Virus record (IMG/VR): IMGVR_UViG_3300025122_000008
Span: 1 to 64,000 of that record
Length of the DNA stretch: 64,000 nucleotides
Reading direction: 5' to 3' (one strand)
Source: a virus
Shown: positions 18,576 to 29,749 of the stretch, piece after piece
How positions within the stretch are numbered: the stretch's first letter is position 1
Layout: each line of letters starts with the position of its first letter
The notes under the pieces: model-generated
Databases searched by the model: none
Seen by the model: the letters and a program-made list of their open reading frames with translations, nothing else
What the model was told of the DNA's origin: nothing
Translations under genes and position numbers: made by a program

Positions 18576-21500
18576 TGTCTTTACGCAAATACTTTCAAAA
18601 AGCGCAGGAGATAAAAAATCTTTCCAATCTAAGCGAAGAAGAGGTTGCTGGAGAAGTAGAGTCTGTTGGCTTTCACGAAGCTGATGTTGTAAAAGACAAC
18701 CGGTTTATACCGGCGGTAGATTACTCAGATCCAGCAAATTTTGCCAGGTATGGATCTGCAGTAGAGTATTACGATCGATCAATAAAATGGATTTATGGAG
18801 ACTATCCTTATGATGGTTCACTTAGAGAGAAACTAGAGTGGGAAAATAGTTCTTCGTACGTAGATCTATATATATTTGAAAATAAATATCCCAGATCTAA
18901 TGGATATGCACTGTTTTCTGCTGATGGTTGGGGCGCCCTCGCAAGTACTGCCCACCAGTACGGCACCCCCTCTAATTTAGAATACATTTATATAAAAGGA
19001 GGGCCCAACACCAACCCAGATGGGATGTCACCGTTCCGCCTTGCATTTACGGGATCAAACTATCATGAAACCGCCTCTAATCGTGCATCAAACCTAGAAT
19101 TTGATTTAGTGAATAAGGGGGCAAGTGTTGAGTTTTGGCTGAAGAAGACCGCTTTTGATGAAGATCTGACTGGTCGTGAGGTTATATTTGATCTGTGGAA
19201 CCTTAAAAACTCTGGTAGTGACGGATATGGAAGACTTAGAGTAGAGGTTACGGGTGGTGTAGGGTATAAAGGATCGCCCTTCCTCATCACTTGTCATTCC
19301 GGGTCTAGTACGACACCATATGGATTCGTAACCGAATCCGTTGGGCTAAGTTTGACGGGCGCCCTAGAAACCTGGAGCCATTATGCCGTTACTTTTAAAT
19401 CAGCTTCTGACGGCGTTGATGTTCGCCTCTATAAGGATGGCGCTCTAAACCATTCGGTTACCACGGGGAGCAATATTGGTATCGTCACAGGCGCCCTAAA
19501 CGCCACCATTGGTGCGTTAATTGTCCCCCCCAACAATATCAGTGAATCAGGTTCCGCAGGCGCTGGAAAACTGTCTGGTTCAATCGACGAGTTTAGATAT
19601 TGGAAAACACAAAGATCTTCTAAAGATATTGGTCGTTATTGGTTTACACAAGTAGGTGGCGGCACCAACAGCGATCCGACGCCTGGCCGCATTGTTACAT
19701 CCGCAAGCCTAGCCAATACCAGATTGGGTGTATATTATAAATTTAATGAAGGGATTACGGGTGATGCCACTACCGATGCTAAAGTTCTAGATTATTCTGG
19801 TCGTATTAGTAATGGTACTTGGACGGGGTATGATTCATATTCTAGGAATACTGGTTCAGCTATACTCTCAGCCAGCGCCGCAATTAGGGAATTTGAAGAT
19901 CCAATTATTTACGACGCTCACCCCGATGTAGTGTCCCTTAGTGCTGAACTAGCCGCGTCTGGCTCTCAGCATGATGCAACAAATAACGCCTCCCTTTTTA
20001 ATGCGATGCCCACGTGGGTTATAGAAGAGGATGAACTTGGGAGCAAAGATTTAAAATATTTAACCCAAATAATGGGCAGTTATTTTGATACCCTACACCT
20101 TCAAATAGAATCTCTCAACAGACTTAAGGATAAAACATATATAACCGGTAGTGATAAGCCTCTAACATTTGCAAATAGGCTCCTAGAACAGGCCGGCCTA
20201 ATATCCCCAGAAATGTTTTTGGATGTTGATATATTAGAAAAATTAGCTGATCGATCAGAAAAAAGGCTATATGAGAAAAACTTAACTGATATTAAAAATT
20301 CAATTTATCAAAACATATACAACAATCTATCGTATATATACAAATCAAAAGGCGCCGAAAAATCATTCCGGAACCTGATTCGTTGCTACGGAATAGATGA
20401 CGAGCTTATTAAATTTAATATGTATGCAAATAATATTGAATTTGAATTACGCAATAACGTTACGAGCCACGTTTTAGCAAAAAGATATGCAGACTTTAAT
20501 ACCACATCGAGTATAGAAGCAACAGTATACCAGTCAGGAAGTTATATAAGCGGTAGCCGCAATTTGTCTGATGGCTTTGCTTTTACGGCCGAAGCAAATG
20601 TTATATTCCCCGAGAAACTATCGCGGACCGATAAAAAGTTTATTGGTCTGCAGTTTATTTCTGCTTCTATATTTGGTTTACACAGTTCCTCACACGAGAC
20701 TCAAGACGCGATGGATCCGGAGTGGGCAGAACAAGATGCTGTAAACTTCCAAGTATATGCCGTACGTGATGAGCTGGGGTCTCCAAACGCAAAATTTGTG
20801 TTAACCGGTACAGCCGGCGGCTATGTTCCGCGACTTACTAGTAGTTTATACGAAGATGTTTATGATAATACAAATTGGAATTTGGCCGTAAGAATCAAGC
20901 CAGAAAAGTATCCTTATGCAAATCTGATTATGGAACCATCAACTGGTTCCGTTGGCCCGACTTATATTGTTGAATTCCATGGTATAAACATGCAAGATGG
21001 TACCATCATTAATGAATTTAATGCAACGGGAAGTATTACGGCTCCGCCAAAAATGTTTGTCACAGGATCCCGAAGACTATATGGGGGCGCCCATCGTACA
21101 AACTTTACTGGTTCGTTATTACAGTATTCCGATATCAAGCTGGGTTCTATACGCTATTGGTTTAATTATCTAGAGAACACCACGTTGGCTGCCCACGCGA
21201 AAGATATACAGAATCATGGTACTTTGCGTGCTGCTTCATATCCATATTTGTTTCAGCCCTCAGCTTCTTTTGGAGAGTTAAGCGAACAAGAGACATTGGC
21301 GCTTAATTGGGAATTTACTAATATTACTGGTTCTGATGCTAATGGGCAATTTACGGTATATGATATATCAACAGACTCTACAAGTCCATCAACAGGTTCA
21401 TATGGGTGGCTTGGACCCCTATTGTTGAGCGATCACGAAGGAAAGGGCTATGGATTTGCTTCGAATGATACGACTGCAATTGATAAAGATTATGTTACAG

Positions 21501-24500
21501 CGGTAAGACAGAATCTTCCGGAGAACCTTAAATCTCAGGATATGATAACCATCTATAATGAAATAGAGAGGGACTTGTTTACTAAGGAAACGCGCCCTGT
21601 TAATTTCTCTTTTGCTTTCGAAAAAAGCATTTACCAGAATATTTCTGAACAAATGTTGAATTATTTTTCAACTTTACACGAATTCCATAATTTAATTGGT
21701 GAGCCAGTAAACAGATATCGTATGAACTATAAGTTGATGGAAAAGGCTCGTACGGCCTTTTTCGAGAAGGTTCAAAACAATAAGATAGATTTTGAGAAGT
21801 TTTATGAGTTTTATAAGTGGTTTGATAGCTCTTTGTCCATAATGCTTAATCAACTGGCGCCAGCATCGGCCGACATTGTAGAAAATATTCGTACGATGAT
21901 TGAGAGTCACGCACTAGAAAGAAATAAATATCAATTTAAGTTCCCCACTTTAGAGGATAAATCTCCCGGCGCATGCAACAGTAAATGTGCCCTGGAGATT
22001 GGTACTGTATATATGGCCAGCGAGATGGCGCCCGGCGGCAAGCCCGGGAATGCTGGTAGTTTGGGTACCAAAGAATATACTCCAAGACAAGTTGGCACTT
22101 ACGACTGTAGAAAGCAAGGTGGCTGGAAGTGGCAATACGCACCAGTTGACGGGGATCAAAAGAAGAATAAAGATTGGTGGAAATATCGGGCCGAAAAATA
22201 TGGTGAGAAATATGGTGGTAAAACTAGCGTCAATTATTCTCGTCAAGGTATTTTTAAGAAAATGGCATGCGAGGTGGGCGACAGAATATCAAAGATATAC
22301 AGATTCTCAGTATCTGAGGAACCAACCTTCCCTTCGACCAATCTACATCCGAGTAAGCGTTGGGGTGCAATATATAATGTAGTTGCACCAGCGGGCCCAC
22401 TAATCGAGGGCCTGAATATTCCGGCTAACGTAGCGTTGATATCTGAAGTGGAAAAGTTAATAGATTCAAATGATAATCCGGTTCCACACCGCAAACAAAG
22501 ACTTGGGTTTTCTTTAAATGCCAGAATAAACAAACCCAGTGGTCACGATTATTTGAATGCTGATGGCAATATAATAGCTCCATTTAGTATATACAGTTCT
22601 TCTGTAACCACGGGCCAGAATGCTCAGGTGGTAAACAAATTCACCGGCAATGTTGAAATTACCAATCTGCACCACGACATGTATGGTACTTATACGGAAA
22701 CTCCTTTACAGGGTCCGTTTTCTGAAACGTGGGTGGGTGGCAGAGAGCATAGGCACGTACGCATTAATCGATATGATCCAGCAAAAAAAGGTGACAACAA
22801 TTTAGATTCCGCCTTGGATCGACCAGAAGGGTTTAAGTTATTGTTGGGCCCAGACTTGGGGCCCCAGGGCCTTGATGGGGCCTATATTGGCGGCATAGTG
22901 GGTCCACAATATCCCGAGCCGGAATCCCCGGAAGTGACGCCTCCTTATCTTTTTTATAGGCCCAAGGGCAATATGACGCGCGGCTTAATAACCAAACGAC
23001 CGGTTAATATTAAAAATATTTTAATGACTTCCGCATCCCTTAGTCAATCGCTTTCTGGCGTCCTGACACACGGGAGAGTTGGTAACTATCAACATAATTA
23101 TCAAGTCATTCAGTCTGTCGGCCGTAGCACCAATGATCCTTTTTGGCAAGACCAATCGTTTACTTTTGCTGCAAACCCGCAAAGTCCCTACCCCCGATTA
23201 TCTAATGTGGACCAGTTACCCGTACAAAACATTAGAGTCAAAAATACAAAAGCTGCCTCGATTAATGATAATTCTCCTTATAATTGTTATGTTTTTGCTT
23301 CTGATTCCGCGATGAATGCAAACAGCGCCGAAACATGGGCTTTTTGGCTGAATCTTACAAATCCGGACGAACTTAATTTTATTTTTGCGGACAATGCGGC
23401 CGGTGATCGTTATATATCTTTAACGGCAGCCAACACCCTGGCCTTTAAAGCTTATCACTCCACTACCGATGGAGTTTGGCAAACAGACGCTGCAATAACT
23501 ACCGGTAATGAGTGGGTTCATGTTGCCGTAACATATAACGGCAACTCTAACGCGAATGATGCAGTATTCTATATTAATGGTGAAAAAGTTGCATCCACCA
23601 ACAGTACATCCCCTGTTGGTACGCTGGAGGCTTATGGTGGCAACATAAACCTTGGTTATCCCAATGCAAATGGTTTTGAGGGGTATATGTCCGATGTGGC
23701 CTTTTACAATATCAATTTAACTGCATGCGAAATTAAGGCAATTTATAGTAATTCGACGTTAGACTTAATTAACCACGGGCCCCCGCGAGCTGCCTCCAAT
23801 CTTATATTCTGGTGGAGAATGGGCGACGGCGCCGGAGATGTCGCAGCCACCATTGTTGACCAGAAAGGAAATGCAAATTTGACTGCTGTTAATTCTCCAA
23901 CAATTATTGGTATTAGTCCTGATGATTGTTTGGTTACTGCAAATGATAACAATTTTGCTCTTCCAAATCGGCAAGGCGCGAATTCAAATAAGACTATATT
24001 TGTTAATCTGTTTAGTGCCCCGGGGTCATATGAGACATTATCGCGCGGATATCTTGATACTGCTCACGAGGAGAAGTCGGTTTATAATGCATTACCATTC
24101 CGTAACCTGTCTATTAGGGCATCTGGAAGTGGTGAATCGGGATCGCTACATGTTCAGTCTCATATTACCGGTACCGCTGGCCGTCGGGCTCTAAGAACGT
24201 TGCTCACCCTACACGCTGGCCCATTTGGGACCGATGCTCAATATGGTAGTGTATTATCTGCTATATATAATACGACCCCCTCTTTTCACAAGGTTAATAG
24301 AAATAGAAAATATCGATATGAGCTGAAACCCGTAGCCGCGTCCGCAGTAGATTGCATTGATACAACTGGTCTCCTAGCTGATCGATACAACGATGCTTCG
24401 TTTACAATATCGATCTCAGTGTCGGCCGGTGGTCTAGGTGGCACGGCTGTTACAATTTTACTTGATGCCAGCGAGTCCACCAGCGGCACTGGAGGCGCAA

Positions 24501-27500
24501 ATCAAATCATGATTGGCACCGATGATGGCATTACCGATGCAGCCCGGGCAGCTCTCATTATCAAAGCCATTAATGGAGATACCGATTCCAAAGTCAATTA
24601 TGCAACGTCAGGAAATGGCCAAGCCGGCGACGACCTGGGCATTACAGCGGCCGAAGGTTCAAGCGATACTCAAATTACGCTGACGATGGATGCTGCCGGC
24701 GCAGCGGGCAATATTGCTAGTGCGTTAGCCAGCGCATCAGGCGTCGACATAATTGACGTAACGTATTTTACCGGCGGTGGCAACGAGTCCGAAGGTGATG
24801 CCGCAGCTACTTTAACCGGCTCGGTTCGAGATAATTGGTGGGTACAGCATCCTATCCCGCGGGCAGCAAGAAATTATGCTTGGATAACTGCCAGCTTACC
24901 ACTTAGTAGTGATTATTACACATACATTGAACTGAGTGGCGGATTTCTGACAAGCACGCCAAGCATCAGTGGCGCCGATATTTTAACCACTGAATTGAAT
25001 AGTACCACTCCGGGGTATATTCGTGATTTTATTGGAACAAATACATTAATAAAAGAGCCAGTAAGCTGCTCACAAAACCAATTGGGGTATGCACCTTCAA
25101 TTGGTCTCGGCTCTCTTGCTACATTAAATCCGGCCGGTTCTACGGCAATTGATAAATTTAGTTCACTAGCCTCTAATTTTAATATGTTGATGCTTCATAG
25201 AAATGGTCCATATCAATACCCCTCATGGAAACAAATAAGAACAGGTGAGCACCCCGTCGTACGAGATCAAAAAGAAATAAATATTATGTCCGTAAGAGAC
25301 GAGCCGACCCAATTTACATACCTATCTTCATTAGGAAGTGTTTCGGTCGCCGGCCTGAAAGGAAATACTTTTACGTCTTATATAGAACAGCCTGTTAGTA
25401 GCCGACATCATCCTGTGGCGTTTTTCTATAAGACTGGGGATGTTGCTGCACTATCTAGAGTTACGTGGGCTAATAATTTAGACTACCTATCCAACGAAAG
25501 CCTTAATAATAAATTGGATATAGCGAAAGATGTTGAGCTTAGTCAGCCATATTATACAATAGTCAATACCGTATTAAACACGGTGCAGAACAACGAACAG
25601 GTAGTAGAATATTCTGAGAGGATTTATCCACGAGAAGTTAATGCATACCAGAATAGAGTGCGCGCGCGTACACAATATACTGTGGGAATGGGACTACAGA
25701 GTTCGGCTACTTCGGCCTCAATATGGAATTCATCAAGAAGTATAAGGTCTAACGTAAACACTATAAATTCTCAGGGGCATACAATAAACAATATGTCACG
25801 CTGGCCTTTAGATGGTCATATAGACTTTACCACCACTTACACCCTAGCTACGTCTTCTGACGCGGGCACCAATGGTCGCGAAGGAGAATTGTTAAATAAA
25901 TTCTGCAGATATGGGACTACTGGAAGTTTTTCAATTAGTGCTAGTGCACTTTATGCAATGCCGGTACCCGTTGGTTCGGCTTCGGTTAATGGTGACCCAA
26001 TTTATAACGGAGACGCCTTGTGGCAGTTGGGCACAGGCAGCAATGCCCCTTATCGTACATATGAAGATTATATGATATATCTCAGATTAACCGGGAAGGA
26101 CCACACCATTGTACCCGAATTTAGGATTAGTGACCACATAGAACGATATATCAATGCATCCGCCTCTAACTGGTTAACTGCGCTTGATAATAGTACACCA
26201 GGGATGTTTGAAATTACTGGTGCTTACATAGATAATAGTTTTGATGATGGTGTAAAAGTTTGCGAAGTTGTCGATACCGATAAGTTTTATAATGTTTATG
26301 GCCATACTGATTTCTTGAAATATTTTAAGGTAATAGACGACGATCTTAATAATAGAGAAACGGCAGACGGTACAAAGATTAGAAAATCATTATTATTAGA
26401 ATGCTCTGCAAAATTAAAATTTTTGCCATACAAGGGATTTTATCCGGTTGAAAGAACTGTTGAATTGGCGCGCCTTTTTTCTCAATCATATGGGCCTCAA
26501 ATTTCGGCAAGCAATCCACAGGCATATCGAGCAGTTTTAGAACCGTTATATGCCCCCGGAATTATGTATAATACGATCAAGTCAGGAATTGGTGTGGGAA
26601 GCTTTATAGTTTATAATGCAAGCTATGACCCAGACGACTCGGAAAGCGCAGTGTTTGATGTATCTAAAAAGAATGCGCTAAACTCCGCAGACACCACGCT
26701 TCCAGAGGGTACAATTAATTTTGGACAAAAATCAATATTAAGTATGAGTGCCTATCCCGAAAAAGAGGGCTCGACGGGCGGCTATAGTCTTCAGAGAATA
26801 CCTTTTGAGGCGATTCTTAAGCCCGAGGCTTATTTAAATACCGGCCTGCGTGGAAATGTTAGTGGTTCTGTTATTTTTGATAGTGGTATCGGTAGTGCTA
26901 GTTTATCTGGAAATACGGCGGGCGCCTCAGCGCTTAATCATATACGATTTTATGGCGCCGGATCCAAACTATATGGGATGGCGATCGATAATTTCTTATG
27001 CAATACTGCTGATTTCTTTTTGGAAAAAAGCCACCACAGCCCCAATGGGCTAACGACGTTGCTGGCCAGCAAAGAAGAAACTCAGTATACACCGCTAGTC
27101 GAGGATCAGGTATATGCTGTTACAATTAATTTGTATCGGACCCTGAAAAGCAAGAACGGCATTTCTAAAGCTGATTTTGATTCATTTAGTTTATATAATA
27201 ATGCTGGTGCTTTTGGGCCACCCTTCTGCTTGGATTGCGCAGATGCGGACGCTTCAACTGGAAACTTTAAGGCAAGTTTTGCTCCTGTTACACCATCATA
27301 TTTTTATGGAACAAGCTCGGTAACCATTATTTATAAAGCTCCTTTTACGGGGCAGCCCACATTTGATGATATAAGGTCTAGAGCTACGTTTGTTTACTCG
27401 CGTCAAATGGAAGAACAGACCACAAGCACAAGCGCGACTGGATATTGGTTTGCTCAACAAATTACCGGTAGTCTGAAGGTAATGGAGAAAGTAAATGCCA

Positions 27501-28744
27501 ATGGAGTTCGTTGGATGATTCAAAGTAAATTCGAAACCCCTGTTTTAAATTTTGCCGATAGTAATGCCGAAGCCCCGCTTACGTCTCCTAAGTTTTCGAT
27601 TACGGGTTCTAATCCGATTAGTACAAAGGGAATTTGGCATCAACTAGGAGAAGTACCAAAAGACTCTTCGAAGGGTATTTTTGTAAGCGTTACGACTCCG
27701 GAAACTGTAATAGATACTGATGGTACAACTTATAGAAGAGTTAAGCCGTTGGCGCCAGTGGTTGGTCTTGATGATTTTGAAGGGCGCCCCGTTCGTATTG
27801 GAGACGTGGCGACGAAGCGCACTCTAGAAGAAGCTGTGGTAGCTATACCATTTACTGTCAAAAAAGGCAGAAGAAAGTTCTTCAACATGCAGCAAGGTAA
27901 CCCACAGTACCCCCTTTCAACAGCACTGCTACAGAAGTATATTTTTCCTCCTACATTTGATTATGTATTGAACAATACAAAACCCATACTATTTTATGCC
28001 TTTGAGTTTACTATGGATATTGACCGGGAAGACATCAGTAAACTATGGCAAAATATTATGTTTGATAGCGGGGCCTCATCTACCGATTTTGATTTAGGAG
28101 AGTGTGCCACCATCAACAACCAACTATCCTCTTGCGTCTTAGAAGATCAAGATCTTATCAAACAAATATATGGATGCATTGATGACCTGAAGTGGCTTGT
28201 TTTTAAGGTTAAAAAGCGCGGCGTGCGCGATTATAATAGATATATAAAGGGAAATATTCCTGGGATCCCCACGAATCAAATATCTAAAATCGCACCCAAC
28301 GTGACAGAAAAATATACCTATAACTGGCCATATGATTATTTTTCATTAGTTGAGCTAGTCAAAATGGATGCCACGGTTAGATATTCTGCAACAGATGCCG
28401 AGAGGATCATACAGCCGGCATTTACTCCTGCGCAAACTCCCACTGCCGAACTATATACACCAGGGAGAATCATGGAACAGGCGAAGGGAGAAGTGCTGGC
28501 CGATATCGATACTAAAGATTTGGGAGGCTTGCGACTACCCGATCTGATAGCTACTACTAACGTTACTACAGTGGACATAGGTAAAGATTATTCTGTAGCA
28601 GATGCTACCCCGGGCCAGATTTCGATTCCCGGTGATCCCTTCCAGTCGGATCGTGGGATGTCCGATGCCGCGGCCGCCGCCAAGGCCAAAGCCGCGGCTG
28701 CCGCTAAGTACCTCCAAGGCAAGAGCGACAAGGGAAATAAATAA
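18575..28744 (+). CDS. Giant baseplate wedge (gp7/gpI-like) protein with several LamG/ConA-like domains (3389 aa)
   Basis: LamG signatures (SVEFWLK...WSHYAVTF...LYKDG...SGSIDEFRYW and TWAFWLN...WVHVAVTY...FYING...FEGYMSDVAFYN). Segment MGSYFDTL...IYNNLSYIYKSKG..KSFRNLIRCYGI resembles gp7/P2 gpI wedge proteins. Confidence 0.6.
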   Translation: MSLRKYFQKAQEIKNLSNLSEEEVAGEVESVGFHEADVVKDNRFIPAVDYSDPANFARYGSAVEYYDRSIKWIYGDYPYDGSLREKLEWENSSSYVDLYIFENKYPRSNGYALFSADGWGALASTAHQYGTPSNLEYIYIKGGPNTNPDGMSPFRLAFTGSNYHETASNRASNLEFDLVNKGASVEFWLKKTAFDEDLTGREVIFDLWNLKNSGSDGYGRLRVEVTGGVGYKGSPFLITCHSGSSTTPYGFVTESVGLSLTGALETWSHYAVTFKSASDGVDVRLYKDGALNHSVTTGSNIGIVTGALNATIGALIVPPNNISESGSAGAGKLSGSIDEFRYWKTQRSSKDIGRYWFTQVGGGTNSDPTPGRIVTSASLANTRLGVYYKFNEGITGDATTDAKVLDYSGRISNGTWTGYDSYSRNTGSAILSASAAIREFEDPIIYDAHPDVVSLSAELAASGSQHDATNNASLFNAMPTWVIEEDELGSKDLKYLTQIMGSYFDTLHLQIESLNRLKDKTYITGSDKPLTFANRLLEQAGLISPEMFLDVDILEKLADRSEKRLYEKNLTDIKNSIYQNIYNNLSYIYKSKGAEKSFRNLIRCYGIDDELIKFNMYANNIEFELRNNVTSHVLAKRYADFNTTSSIEATVYQSGSYISGSRNLSDGFAFTAEANVIFPEKLSRTDKKFIGLQFISASIFGLHSSSHETQDAMDPEWAEQDAVNFQVYAVRDELGSPNAKFVLTGTAGGYVPRLTSSLYEDVYDNTNWNLAVRIKPEKYPYANLIMEPSTGSVGPTYIVEFHGINMQDGTIINEFNATGSITAPPKMFVTGSRRLYGGAHRTNFTGSLLQYSDIKLGSIRYWFNYLENTTLAAHAKDIQNHGTLRAASYPYLFQPSASFGELSEQETLALNWEFTNITGSDANGQFTVYDISTDSTSPSTGSYGWLGPLLLSDHEGKGYGFASNDTTAIDKDYVTAVRQNLPENLKSQDMITIYNEIERDLFTKETRPVNFSFAFEKSIYQNISEQMLNYFSTLHEFHNLIGEPVNRYRMNYKLMEKARTAFFEKVQNNKIDFEKFYEFYKWFDSSLSIMLNQLAPASADIVENIRTMIESHALERNKYQFKFPTLEDKSPGACNSKCALEIGTVYMASEMAPGGKPGNAGSLGTKEYTPRQVGTYDCRKQGGWKWQYAPVDGDQKKNKDWWKYRAEKYGEKYGGKTSVNYSRQGIFKKMACEVGDRISKIYRFSVSEEPTFPSTNLHPSKRWGAIYNVVAPAGPLIEGLNIPANVALISEVEKLIDSNDNPVPHRKQRLGFSLNARINKPSGHDYLNADGNIIAPFSIYSSSVTTGQNAQVVNKFTGNVEITNLHHDMYGTYTETPLQGPFSETWVGGREHRHVRINRYDPAKKGDNNLDSALDRPEGFKLLLGPDLGPQGLDGAYIGGIVGPQYPEPESPEVTPPYLFYRPKGNMTRGLITKRPVNIKNILMTSASLSQSLSGVLTHGRVGNYQHNYQVIQSVGRSTNDPFWQDQSFTFAANPQSPYPRLSNVDQLPVQNIRVKNTKAASINDNSPYNCYVFASDSAMNANSAETWAFWLNLTNPDELNFIFADNAAGDRYISLTAANTLAFKAYHSTTDGVWQTDAAITTGNEWVHVAVTYNGNSNANDAVFYINGEKVASTNSTSPVGTLEAYGGNINLGYPNANGFEGYMSDVAFYNINLTACEIKAIYSNSTLDLINHGPPRAASNLIFWWRMGDGAGDVAATIVDQKGNANLTAVNSPTIIGISPDDCLVTANDNNFALPNRQGANSNKTIFVNLFSAPGSYETLSRGYLDTAHEEKSVYNALPFRNLSIRASGSGESGSLHVQSHITGTAGRRALRTLLTLHAGPFGTDAQYGSVLSAIYNTTPSFHKVNRNRKYRYELKPVAASAVDCIDTTGLLADRYNDASFTISISVSAGGLGGTAVTILLDASESTSGTGGANQIMIGTDDGITDAARAALIIKAINGDTDSKVNYATSGNGQAGDDLGITAAEGSSDTQITLTMDAAGAAGNIASALASASGVDIIDVTYFTGGGNESEGDAAATLTGSVRDNWWVQHPIPRAARNYAWITASLPLSSDYYTYIELSGGFLTSTPSISGADILTTELNSTTPGYIRDFIGTNTLIKEPVSCSQNQLGYAPSIGLGSLATLNPAGSTAIDKFSSLASNFNMLMLHRNGPYQYPSWKQIRTGEHPVVRDQKEINIMSVRDEPTQFTYLSSLGSVSVAGLKGNTFTSYIEQPVSSRHHPVAFFYKTGDVAALSRVTWANNLDYLSNESLNNKLDIAKDVELSQPYYTIVNTVLNTVQNNEQVVEYSERIYPREVNAYQNRVRARTQYTVGMGLQSSATSASIWNSSRSIRSNVNTINSQGHTINNMSRWPLDGHIDFTTTYTLATSSDAGTNGREGELLNKFCRYGTTGSFSISASALYAMPVPVGSASVNGDPIYNGDALWQLGTGSNAPYRTYEDYMIYLRLTGKDHTIVPEFRISDHIERYINASASNWLTALDNSTPGMFEITGAYIDNSFDDGVKVCEVVDTDKFYNVYGHTDFLKYFKVIDDDLNNRETADGTKIRKSLLLECSAKLKFLPYKGFYPVERTVELARLFSQSYGPQISASNPQAYRAVLEPLYAPGIMYNTIKSGIGVGSFIVYNASYDPDDSESAVFDVSKKNALNSADTTLPEGTINFGQKSILSMSAYPEKEGSTGGYSLQRIPFEAILKPEAYLNTGLRGNVSGSVIFDSGIGSASLSGNTAGASALNHIRFYGAGSKLYGMAIDNFLCNTADFFLEKSHHSPNGLTTLLASKEETQYTPLVEDQVYAVTINLYRTLKSKNGISKADFDSFSLYNNAGAFGPPFCLDCADADASTGNFKASFAPVTPSYFYGTSSVTIIYKAPFTGQPTFDDIRSRATFVYSRQMEEQTTSTSATGYWFAQQITGSLKVMEKVNANGVRWMIQSKFETPVLNFADSNAEAPLTSPKFSITGSNPISTKGIWHQLGEVPKDSSKGIFVSVTTPETVIDTDGTTYRRVKPLAPVVGLDDFEGRPVRIGDVATKRTLEEAVVAIPFTVKKGRRKFFNMQQGNPQYPLSTALLQKYIFPPTFDYVLNNTKPILFYAFEFTMDIDREDISKLWQNIMFDSGASSTDFDLGECATINNQLSSCVLEDQDLIKQIYGCIDDLKWLVFKVKKRGVRDYNRYIKGNIPGIPTNQISKIAPNVTEKYTYNWPYDYFSLVELVKMDATVRYSATDAERIIQPAFTPAQTPTAELYTPGRIMEQAKGEVLADIDTKDLGGLRLPDLIATTNVTTVDIGKDYSVADATPGQISIPGDPFQSDRGMSDAAAAAKAKAAAAAKYLQGKSDKGNK

Positions 28745-29749
28745 ATGGTAGCATTTTTCAACAAAAAAGAAGAGGTTATAGACCTTCAACTTACGGAATA
28801 TGGAAAATATCTCCTTTCACTAGGAAAGTTTCGGCCAGAGTATTATTCTTTTCATGATGATGATATATTATATGATTCACAGTATGGAGGTTTCTCCGAG
28901 GCACAAAACGATACGAATGGTCGAATCTTGGACGACACTCCATCTCTAAAAGTTATACGACAAATTACAAGCGCCGAAACAAGAGTGAATCAATTTGTTA
29001 GTTCGGTTGAAACTAGTTATGACGAATCCACCATCGCGACGGCTAGTTCTGATATAGCGTTTGCGTTTGATCAACAGACGTTTGAAGATAGAATAAATTT
29101 ATTAAATGAGCCGCTGGGTACAAGTACTTTATCTAATCAATATGTACCGGCATGGTCTATTGATGTGGCAATGAACAATATTTCGTCGAGTGCTAATCAA
29201 ATTTCTGTTCGGAATGAGTCTTGGGATGCTGGCGTACCCACCTTTACTAGCGGGACAATACAACAGATTCCACAACTTAATATTGTAATCGACTATAAAA
29301 CATACGCCAGAGACGGAGAATATACAGTAAACGCAATAAGTGATTATTTGAATGCGGAGATATATCTTGCGCTGAAGCCCAATTATTTATTTTTGGATGT
29401 TTTGGAGGAAAATACTGATTATCTTAAAGAGAATTTTGATATCGAAGTGTTCCATTCTGGCTCAGTTCAGGAAGATAACCAGGTATTGCAGCCAGAAGAC
29501 CCGAATCTAGAACTAATCCAAATGGCATTTTTAAACGACGATAGCGTTAACGAGCCTCAAAAACTAGATAATCCAGATGATACTTATCCCAATGTAGAAT
29601 ATTATATGGACATACTTGTTGATAATGAGATACCAGATTCTATAATGAAAGAGGCTGGAGTTCTTAGTTCTCAGGCATCGCGGACATCAAAGCGTCTAAG
29701 ACTTACGCGAGATCTATATACCACAGAAGAACAGGATCCTTGTGACTAA
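28745..29749 (+). CDS. Baseplate-region structural protein (N-terminus paralogous to 37541..38482)
   Basis: FFNKKEEVIDLQLTEYGKYLLSLGKF...YSFHDDDILYD aligns with FLDNSGDIILDAVLTDEGRKRLAKG..F...FALGDDEINY. Confidence 0.55.
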   Translation: MVAFFNKKEEVIDLQLTEYGKYLLSLGKFRPEYYSFHDDDILYDSQYGGFSEAQNDTNGRILDDTPSLKVIRQITSAETRVNQFVSSVETSYDESTIATASSDIAFAFDQQTFEDRINLLNEPLGTSTLSNQYVPAWSIDVAMNNISSSANQISVRNESWDAGVPTFTSGTIQQIPQLNIVIDYKTYARDGEYTVNAISDYLNAEIYLALKPNYLFLDVLEENTDYLKENFDIEVFHSGSVQEDNQVLQPEDPNLELIQMAFLNDDSVNEPQKLDNPDDTYPNVEYYMDILVDNEIPDSIMKEAGVLSSQASRTSKRLRLTRDLYTTEEQDPCD

